Shown piece by piece: positions 56,912 through 63,856 of a stretch of 64,000 nt of DNA. The stretch comes from an uncultured Clostridia bacterium (GTDB lineage Bacteria; Bacillota; Clostridia; Christensenellales; DTU072). A program made the translations under genes and the position numbers. Location of the stretch: positions 24,134 to 88,133 of the forward strand of contig CALVJA010000005.1 in NCBI GenBank assembly GCA_944331875.1, in the 5' to 3' direction. The stretch's first letter is position 1. Every line of letters begins with the position of its first letter. A model generated the notes under the pieces. That model made no database searches. It had not been told where the DNA came from and saw only the letters and a program-made list of their open reading frames with translations.

Positions 56912-58237
56912 ATGGAAACGCTTTTGATCGTTTCGATAATACTTTCCGCGCTGTCGCTTATCGGGGCGGCGCTCGTCGTCTATTTGGTAAAAAAAGGCTC
57001 CGTCTCCTCCTCGGGCGACGGTTTAGAGGCTTCCGAAGCACGGCTGAAAGAAGATATCCGTGTTTTGAAAGAGACCGTCGCGGCTACCGTTTCCACTCAA
57101 ACGGATACCCTGAATAAATCATTCGGCACGTTTGCGGACGCTTTGGACAAATCGCAGCAGAGGACGAACGAGGGCGTTCAAAAACAAAGCGAACAAGTGC
57201 TGGAGAGAGTGAAAGCCCAGTCCGACAATAACGAAAAACGCATCGGCGAGATGAAAGAGGAACTGCGCTTAAGTCTCGGCGAGATGAAAAACGAAATGAA
57301 GGCGGCGCTCGACAAACTGCGCGAAGACAACAACGCGCAGCTCGACCGTATGCGCGGCACGGTTGACGAGAAGCTGACGAAGACGCTGAACGAGAGGCTG
57401 GAATCATCCTTCAAAAACGTCAGCGATTCATTGGCTAAACTATATAAGGATCTGGGCGAATTGAAGAGCCTGGACAACGCGGTGTCCGATCTGAACAAGA
57501 CATTGAGCGGCGTGAAGACGCGCGGAAATTGGGGAGAGCTGTCTTTGGACGGGCTCCTTAGCGACATCCTGACCGACGACCAGTACGAAAAGCAGTCCAA
57601 TATGGGCAGGCGCACGAAGGAGATGGTCGATTTCGCCGTCGTATTGCCCGGTTCCAAGGAAGGCGGGAAGGTATATCTTCCCATCGACTCCAAATTCCCC
57701 GTCGAGGACTTCCAGCGCATGAACTCGGCGTTCGAGGAGGGTAATATCGATGAATACAACCGCCTTAGGCGTGATTTCGAACGCAACATCAAAACGCAGG
57801 CTACGTCCATCAAACAAAAATACATCGCGCCTCCCGCGACGACGGACTTTGCCGTGATGTACCTGCCGATGGAAAGCCTGTACGCCGAAGTCCTTCGTAT
57901 ACCCGGACTTGCCGAGGAGATACAACGAAAGCACCGCGTGATAATCGCGGGGCCCACCAACGCCGCCGCGCTTCTGAACAGCTTGAGGCTCGGTTTCAGA
58001 ACGCTTCAGATCCAGAAGAACTCGGGCGAAGTGTTCAAAGTGTTGGAAAATTTCAAAAAGCAGTTCGAAAATTTCACGACGATACTCGTAAAGATGTCGG
58101 ACTACCTGGATAAAGCGCGCAGCGCCGTCGCCGATGCGGAGGACAGGACCGAAAAGATCCAAAAAGCGCTCCGCCGCGCCGAAAAGTACAATATCTCCGA
58201 CCCGGACGACTCCGACGACCCGCCGAAGCTGATTTAA
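56912..58237 (+). CDS. rmuC: DNA recombination protein RmuC
   Basis: 441 aa: N-terminal TM helix, long coiled coil, and a C-terminal RmuC nuclease-like region (VDFAVVLPG...YLPIDSKFP...YLPMESLY). Confidence 0.8.
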   Translation: METLLIVSIILSALSLIGAALVVYLVKKGSVSSSGDGLEASEARLKEDIRVLKETVAATVSTQTDTLNKSFGTFADALDKSQQRTNEGVQKQSEQVLERVKAQSDNNEKRIGEMKEELRLSLGEMKNEMKAALDKLREDNNAQLDRMRGTVDEKLTKTLNERLESSFKNVSDSLAKLYKDLGELKSLDNAVSDLNKTLSGVKTRGNWGELSLDGLLSDILTDDQYEKQSNMGRRTKEMVDFAVVLPGSKEGGKVYLPIDSKFPVEDFQRMNSAFEEGNIDEYNRLRRDFERNIKTQATSIKQKYIAPPATTDFAVMYLPMESLYAEVLRIPGLAEEIQRKHRVIIAGPTNAAALLNSLRLGFRTLQIQKNSGEVFKVLENFKKQFENFTTILVKMSDYLDKARSAVADAEDRTEKIQKALRRAEKYNISDPDDSDDPPKLI

Positions 58238-58343
58238 GGTGTTGTATATCTGATTACATAGCTTGATCTTAAGGAATGCCGCATATGTAGAATTTTGAAA
58301 GAACGGAGAATAAAAAAATTTTTTAAAAATCATGCATTAACTC

Positions 58344-58372
58344 TTGATTTTTTTTGTCGAAGATTGTATAAT
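58344..58372 (+). promoter_or_regulatory. Strong sigma-70-type promoter candidate in the AT-rich junction upstream of the ESCRT-like operon
   Basis: TTGATT (58344-58349), 17-nt spacer, TATAAT (58367-58372). This would give a ~260-nt leader before ATG 58632. Confidence 0.45.
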
Positions 58373-58631
58373 TTATTCAGAATATGTTGTTCGTTATATT
58401 TTGATATGGCGGATCACATATTTCGCTTGAGTGATTAAAGCTCTGCGCGAGGGATTATGGTGAACGAAAATTAAGAGCTTGATCAACAAACATATTGTCG
58501 CTTTTCGGATTTTGAATTAGAGGCGACCCCGCAAGATTTAATTCTTTACCTAACCCCATTCAATAATAGCTCTACCTATAATACTATGGTATATAAGTAT
58601 ATATACCTAAAAGAATAGAAGGAGGATTATA

Positions 58632-59261
58632 ATGGCAAGGATCATTCGCTCCCACCGCAAACGCGTCAAGGATGCAAAAGCCTTGATCGAGGCCGATCCG
58701 CTGTACAGAACCATGGATATCCGCTTTCCCAATACGGAGGCGTTTATAGAGGTTTTGCTTTTGGAGGATATCATGAAAATGATCGAAAAGCAGCTGAAGG
58801 CCGAACAAAACAGCAGACCGACGACCAAATTAGGGAAACAGGCTCGCGAAATCAACATCGTTAAATATAAGGCTCTTCACGAACTATTCAAAAACCTTAT
58901 CGAATTGAGCCGCTCTGCGATAATTTCACAGAAATTCAGTTTGGTTTACAGATCCATACCCGAGACTCAGCTGATGCGGGCGGCGCGAAGCGTGCGTAAG
59001 CTGGATAGATTAAAGGAGCTGGCGCTTAACGTACATAGTGCGCTTGCCGCCGACAGCAATCTAGCCGTTAGCACTGCGCGCGACTTGGACAGGCAAGCCG
59101 ACGCCGCTGAAAGTCTGCGGAGAAACCAGGAGCTTGTAGACCAGGCGAGATACGGTGGTCCGGATCAATATTCTTCCGATAAACTAGAGGAGGTCTTGCC
59201 GGAAGAAGAGGAAGAACGGACGACAGATAACGAGATCAACTCAAGACTCATAACAAAATAA
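58632..59261 (+). CDS. Alpha-helical 209-aa protein with a basic N-terminus, acidic tail and C-terminal MIM1-like motif (possible ESCRT-III-like or adaptor subunit)
   Basis: AGGAGG RBS. The N-terminus is MARIIRSHRKRVKDAK. The tail is LPEEEEERTTDNEINSRLITK. Heptad-like helical sequence throughout. No family recognised with certainty. Confidence 0.4.
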   Translation: MARIIRSHRKRVKDAKALIEADPLYRTMDIRFPNTEAFIEVLLLEDIMKMIEKQLKAEQNSRPTTKLGKQAREINIVKYKALHELFKNLIELSRSAIISQKFSLVYRSIPETQLMRAARSVRKLDRLKELALNVHSALAADSNLAVSTARDLDRQADAAESLRRNQELVDQARYGGPDQYSSDKLEEVLPEEEEERTTDNEINSRLITK

Positions 59262-59274
59262 AAGGAGGACCAAT

Positions 59275-59895
59275 ATGAGACTTAGAAGGAACAAAAAAGA
59301 AGAACATCAGGAGAATATCGCTGCGGCGATGACGTCGATCGATGATGCCGTCGGGAAGCTAAAAAGAGTTTCCAAATTGCATGAAAACTGGATCGACGAG
59401 GAGATCATGAACGGCAACGACGCGCGCGCTAAGGAGCTGATTTTGGCGAAAATTGCTTTCGACGAGCATGCTAAGTACCATGAATCCCTCAAAAGAATGC
59501 TTTTGCAAAGCTCGGTACAGGCCGAGGCAATGTCTGCGCTCGGAGGACTCAACGATGTGATCAAAGGCTTAGGCAGCCTTATGGGAGAAATTCCCGATTT
59601 CGACACGCTTAAAAAGAACACCACTAAGGTATTCAGTGAACTACGCAAGCAGGAGGCGGCGCTTGCCAAATACAGCGAGGAGTTCAAGATCAAGCCTACT
59701 CCCAAAAGCGCGATGGACAGCGGAGTGGAAGGCGAGGACAGCGAAGCGGTCAGGGCGGAATTGGCTGCGGCGAACGAGCGCGTCAGAGCCAAACTCGCTG
59801 CAAACAAATCTAACAGCGTGATAGCGCCGACACCGACTGGCGGACTCGATATCGACGCGATAGAAAAAGTCATCGAAGAAGAGAATAAAAAATAG
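59275..59895 (+). CDS. Snf7/ESCRT-III-like protein (206 aa)
   Basis: AAGGAGG RBS, 13 nt after the previous stop. It has a basic N-terminus (MRLRRNKKEE) and a long helical hairpin region (NDARAKELILAKIAFDEHAKYHESLKRMLLQSSVQAEAMSALGGLNDVIKGLGSLMGEI). An acidic second half follows, ending in the amphipathic tail LDIDAIEKVIEEENKK. The size and charge polarity match the ESCRT-III layout. Confidence 0.55.
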   Translation: MRLRRNKKEEHQENIAAAMTSIDDAVGKLKRVSKLHENWIDEEIMNGNDARAKELILAKIAFDEHAKYHESLKRMLLQSSVQAEAMSALGGLNDVIKGLGSLMGEIPDFDTLKKNTTKVFSELRKQEAALAKYSEEFKIKPTPKSAMDSGVEGEDSEAVRAELAAANERVRAKLAANKSNSVIAPTPTGGLDIDAIEKVIEEENKK

Positions 59896-59919
59896 CCGTC
59901 ATCGTAGGGGAGAGTTACT

Positions 59920-61068
59920 ATGGCGAACAACATTGAGACTTTCAACATGAAGGTCAGAAATTATAACGATGCCGTTAATCGAGGCGACGTCGCCGTCTAC
60001 AGCGAGATTGGCGCCGAGATGTTACGTATGGCGCTGGGTGAGTGTTCCAAACCCGGTATAGGCGAAGCTTTAAAATCCCAATATCGCAATCAGTGCGATC
60101 ATATCATCACACGTTTCATGAAAGACTCCAAGCGCGCCGGCGTACCGGCGCGCGCCGGAGCCGGTACGGAAGCCGTCGATCCTTATTATACCGAAAAGGA
60201 TTGGTTTTCGGACGACGTTCCGGAATTGAATTTTACCGACATCATCGGCGTACAGGAAGTCAAGGACGCCTTCATGGTTGACGTCATAGCGCCTCTTCAC
60301 CCTGACTGCCGAGAGATCTACCACACATTCAGAGGTGACCAGCTCGGCACGCAGATACTGCTGTACGGGCCTCCCGGGACCGGTAAGACTCACATCGTAA
60401 AATGTCTTGCGGGGGCGCTCGGATGTAAAATAGCCGTCGTACAAACCAGCGAGATACTTGCCAGCATTGTAGGCGTTGCCGAAAAACACATGCGCGACGT
60501 TTTCGCTCAGGCATCCGAACTCGATCGCTGTATCATATTCATCGACGAGATAGACAGCCTTTGTTCCGACCGCGACAGCATAGATTCCCGTAACACTAAG
60601 TCAATATTGACGACCATGCTAACCTGTATGGACGGATTCGTAAAAACTAAGTCCCCGGAACAACTCAGGATAATCGTGGCGGCAACGAATCTACCGTGGA
60701 AACTCGATGCGGCGTTAAAGCGCGGCGGCAGGTTCGAAAAGCAGATCTATGTGCCGCTGCCCGACTATAGCGCGCGAAAAAAGTTCGTTAATATCGAGCT
60801 TGAGCATGTTCCCCATGCGGAGGACGTGACGGATGAATATCTTGCCGATAAATTCGACGGCTTTTCCGGAGCAGACATCAAGGCGGCAATGCGACAGATA
60901 GCAAACAGACCGTTGCGTCGCGAGATCGAGCACATTCTAAGAGAGCGCAAAGGCGCGCAGGGCGAAGTCATTACACTCGGCGACTGCGAAGCAGTTTTGA
61001 GTTCCTACATTTCGGTCACCACTCCGGAAATGATGGAACAATTCGACATATACCGTCGCGGATTATAA
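59920..61068 (+). CDS. Vps4-like classic-clade AAA ATPase with an MIT-like N-terminal three-helix region
   Basis: 382 aa with Walker A LLYGPPGTGKT and Walker B IIFIDEID. The SRH AATNLPWKLDAALKRGGRFEKQIYVPLPD compares with ATNIPW.LD.A..RRFE.RIYIPLP of Vps4/katanin/spastin. The C-terminal helix VTTPEMMEQFDIYRRG is Vps4_C-like. N-terminal residues 1-72 are helical. Confidence 0.7.
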   Translation: MANNIETFNMKVRNYNDAVNRGDVAVYSEIGAEMLRMALGECSKPGIGEALKSQYRNQCDHIITRFMKDSKRAGVPARAGAGTEAVDPYYTEKDWFSDDVPELNFTDIIGVQEVKDAFMVDVIAPLHPDCREIYHTFRGDQLGTQILLYGPPGTGKTHIVKCLAGALGCKIAVVQTSEILASIVGVAEKHMRDVFAQASELDRCIIFIDEIDSLCSDRDSIDSRNTKSILTTMLTCMDGFVKTKSPEQLRIIVAATNLPWKLDAALKRGGRFEKQIYVPLPDYSARKKFVNIELEHVPHAEDVTDEYLADKFDGFSGADIKAAMRQIANRPLRREIEHILRERKGAQGEVITLGDCEAVLSSYISVTTPEMMEQFDIYRRGL

Positions 61069-61175
61069 TTTTTCCGCACATGCCAAGAGAGGGAGGAAGG
61101 TTAATTTTTACATATTCCTACATCTCATCTAGCTTAAACCGAAACAGTTAATTTTCGACCAAGGAGACATTCATT

Positions 61176-62285
61176 ATGGATGAAAGATCCTTAATAGCCA
61201 CCTATTATTCCGGAGCTCGAGAGCTCGTCAAACAAAAAAAGCCGAAAGAAGCGCGGAAAAATGTGCTTGCGCTGATCAATTATGCATTTTCGCAGCATAA
61301 AAACGCTAAAACCATGATCGCCAAAATAAGATTGGAAATATTCATGTGCGATTGGCTGGAAGTCTCTCGCGAATTGTACTCCAAAGGTATAACCGATTTG
61401 GTGCTGGAGCGCTTCCAACTGCTCCCCAAGAAGGAATTGCCGAAGGTAACTCCCGCACCCGTCAAGAAGGCGGCTACGCCGAAGCCGAAAACGCAGACGC
61501 CCGAAAAAAAAGAACCTGCTCCGCCTGTAACTGCGGCGGACTCTGTCGGAGAAGATAAAGACGCTCCCGAAAAAGAAGAAGCGGCAATGCCGCCGGAAAA
61601 CCCGACGCCGACGCCGTCAGCGGGGGGCGTCAACTACGACGGACTTTTTGAAAATGATAGCCAGGGCTGGTGCGCCGATATTTTCGACAAATATATAGGC
61701 GCGATAGTCAAAATAACGCTCGATAACGACACCTCTATTTCCAATGGTACGGGGTTTATAATATCCGAGAAAGGTTACTTGCTGACCAACGACCATGTCG
61801 TGTTCGACGACGATAACGGTACATATAACGCCGATATCCGCATGTCTTTGGGCGACGGTAAGGCACGCTATAAAATCGAGACCCTTTGCTCTGATAAAAA
61901 GGCCGATATCGCTCTTTGCAGATTCGACCCCGCGAAGGTCAAGAATTTTTCGGTAGTAAAGCGCATAAGCGACTATTCCAAGGTCAAACCCGGCGCAGAT
62001 TGCCTGTTGATAGGCAATGCGTTCGGTTTAGGTCTTTCGCCGATATCCGGAACTATTAGGTTTGTACACGACCAGAACGGCAACCTGGTTTTCAGCGCGT
62101 TCTCCAACCCCGGCGATTCCGGCGGTCCCGTATTCAATCGGCAGGGAGAATGCATCGGCGTCAATAAATCTAAAACAACCAGCTACAACCATGTGGCCGC
62201 TGATGGTTACATTAACGCGACGCCCATGGATAAGGTCGAGGCATTGCTCGATAAGTGGTGCAAAGCCAACGATATTACTTTGTAA
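61176..62285 (+). CDS. Cytoplasmic trypsin-like (S1/S1C-type) serine protease with an N-terminal helical MIT-like domain and a Pro/Lys/Thr-rich linker
   Basis: 369 aa with no signal peptide. The catalytic triad contexts are LLTNDHVV (His), KADIALC (Asp) and NPGDSGGPVF (Ser). The linker is KVTPAPVKKAATPKPKTQTPEKKEPAPP. Confidence 0.7.
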   Translation: MDERSLIATYYSGARELVKQKKPKEARKNVLALINYAFSQHKNAKTMIAKIRLEIFMCDWLEVSRELYSKGITDLVLERFQLLPKKELPKVTPAPVKKAATPKPKTQTPEKKEPAPPVTAADSVGEDKDAPEKEEAAMPPENPTPTPSAGGVNYDGLFENDSQGWCADIFDKYIGAIVKITLDNDTSISNGTGFIISEKGYLLTNDHVVFDDDNGTYNADIRMSLGDGKARYKIETLCSDKKADIALCRFDPAKVKNFSVVKRISDYSKVKPGADCLLIGNAFGLGLSPISGTIRFVHDQNGNLVFSAFSNPGDSGGPVFNRQGECIGVNKSKTTSYNHVAADGYINATPMDKVEALLDKWCKANDITL

Positions 62286-62299
62286 GGAGAGTCGATACT

Positions 62300-63856
62300 A
62301 TGTCGTTTATTGATGATTTCAGAAAAAAGTACAGAATCGCGCGCGAGGCGGCGCGTGCAAACAACAGTGCGGAGACCGAACAGGGGCTCAAAGATATCTG
62401 TGAGCTTTTCCGCAGTCAATATGAGCTGAAAAACGGAGATCCGATGATCACCAAGATAAAGTTGTCCGAATGGTTGGATGTCTTCAATAAATATCTCGAG
62501 ATCATTAAAAAATGCGGCTTGACCGATAAGCGCATTCAAAGGCTCTTCGGATTTATCGATGACGACGCGCTTCCTTCGTTTGGTGACATCATCAAAAACG
62601 GCGGGAAAACGGCTCCGAACAAAATCCCCGATCCCTCCGGACTTTTCGTACCCGACTTGCCTTCGAGTGGCGCGTCTGCAGCCGAAAACGGCGTAGGCCC
62701 CGATCAAAACGCCGGTAGCGCCGGCGCCGCGGGAACGCCTAACGACAAATCGGATGCGCCGCCCGCCGCAGCTGCGGGAGCTCCTGCCGCGGGCGAAGAA
62801 GCACCGGCGGCAGAGGCGGAGGCCGGCGCACCCAATGAGGTCGCGGAACTTGAACCGCGCGGCGAAAACGCCGTTGTCAATCCTCAGCTCAGCCCCGACA
62901 GCCTCGATAATTTTATAGGCCAAAGGGAGACCGTGGAAAGGCTTAAAAGGGTGATAGCTATTGCCAGAAACAACGGAAAAAGACACCTGGACAACATATT
63001 GCTCCTCGGAAATCCGGGACTCGGGAAAACGACATTGATGAAGCTCATAGCCAAGGAGTTAGGAGTTCCCATCGAGATAATGGACTGCTCACAATACAGA
63101 AATAGTCAAGCATCTCAGAAGCAGTTGCAGAGCTTTTTGCAGCGAGTCGCACGTCTCGGGGAGCCCGTCGTGATCGGCCTGGACGAAATACACATGCTCA
63201 ACGAACAGCTTCAGGCGGCGCTTTTGACGCTTTTGAATGACCGTGTATATGTTTCTCCGCCCGACGTCAACGGTAGGATATGGCGTACGCCGATAGAAGA
63301 ATTTACGTTTATAGGCGCCACTACAAATGACGAGCGACTGCTGCCGACGATAAAAGACAGATGTCGCCACCTGACTTTCAGAATGGAAGAGTACACCCGG
63401 GACGAGCTTCAACGCATATATCGGGCGAAAGTGGCGGCGATGGGGCTTACCATGACCGATGACGCCATAAATTCGTGCATACCCAGAAGCCGCGGCTCTT
63501 TGAGATATGTTGATTCCTTTATAAAAGGCCTTGACGAAGAGCTTTATGACGACAGCGGCAGGCGCGTCTCCACGCATATCGATATCGACGTCGTCAACAG
63601 ATATTTCGATCGTAACGGTATAGACCCCGTCGGACTTCTCAGAAAGGATCTCGAAATATTGAATGCGCTTTTGGAAACGCCGGACCATACTTTGGCGGCG
63701 GAAACGCTTGCCCAGCGTGTAGACTTGGAACCCAATAAGTATAAATCTGAATTTGAGCCTTACCTGATCCGTATAAGATTCATCGAGATCATAAATCGCG
63801 GCAGGATCCTAACCGAAAGGGCGATCAAATACCTTCGAACCGGAGAATTGGAATAA
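62300..63856 (+). CDS. RuvB-like AAA+ ATPase (all three RuvB domains) with an N-terminal helical MIT-like domain and an Ala/Pro/Gly-rich linker
   Basis: Start at ATG 62300 (AAGGAGAG RBS). Contains LDNFIGQRETVERLKRVIAIARNNGKRHLDNILLLGNPGLGKTTLMKLIAKELG, Walker B VIGLDEIH, sensor FIGATTN, and RSRGSLRY. The C-terminal winged-helix segment is FEPYLIRIRFIEIINRGRILTERA. Confidence 0.7.
   Translation: MSFIDDFRKKYRIAREAARANNSAETEQGLKDICELFRSQYELKNGDPMITKIKLSEWLDVFNKYLEIIKKCGLTDKRIQRLFGFIDDDALPSFGDIIKNGGKTAPNKIPDPSGLFVPDLPSSGASAAENGVGPDQNAGSAGAAGTPNDKSDAPPAAAAGAPAAGEEAPAAEAEAGAPNEVAELEPRGENAVVNPQLSPDSLDNFIGQRETVERLKRVIAIARNNGKRHLDNILLLGNPGLGKTTLMKLIAKELGVPIEIMDCSQYRNSQASQKQLQSFLQRVARLGEPVVIGLDEIHMLNEQLQAALLTLLNDRVYVSPPDVNGRIWRTPIEEFTFIGATTNDERLLPTIKDRCRHLTFRMEEYTRDELQRIYRAKVAAMGLTMTDDAINSCIPRSRGSLRYVDSFIKGLDEELYDDSGRRVSTHIDIDVVNRYFDRNGIDPVGLLRKDLEILNALLETPDHTLAAETLAQRVDLEPNKYKSEFEPYLIRIRFIEIINRGRILTERAIKYLRTGELE

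Noticed and set aside
58373-58631. Riboswitch or small peptide genes in the long leader upstream of the ESCRT-like operon
   Set aside because: Only tiny ORFs (5-10 codons) without RBSs and weak 5-bp stems were seen. I recognise no known riboswitch consensus. This is mentioned only as an unusually long leader.
59920-61068. Calling the AAA ATPase FtsH-like or SpoVK-like
   Set aside because: It has no TM helices or C-terminal zinc-protease domain, which argues against FtsH. Its Walker A is GPPGTGKT and its SRH is PW..LD.A..R..RFEK.IY.PLP with a Vps4_C-like terminal helix, which does not fit the SpoVK/CbbX pattern. This still requires phylogenetic confirmation.
62300-63856. Annotating this gene as the housekeeping Holliday-junction helicase ruvB
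   Set aside because: It has a ~200-aa N-terminal extension shared with the neighbouring protease and no adjacent ruvA/ruvC. It sits in a lower-GC operon after a compositional break, so it is better treated as a RuvB-like paralogue.
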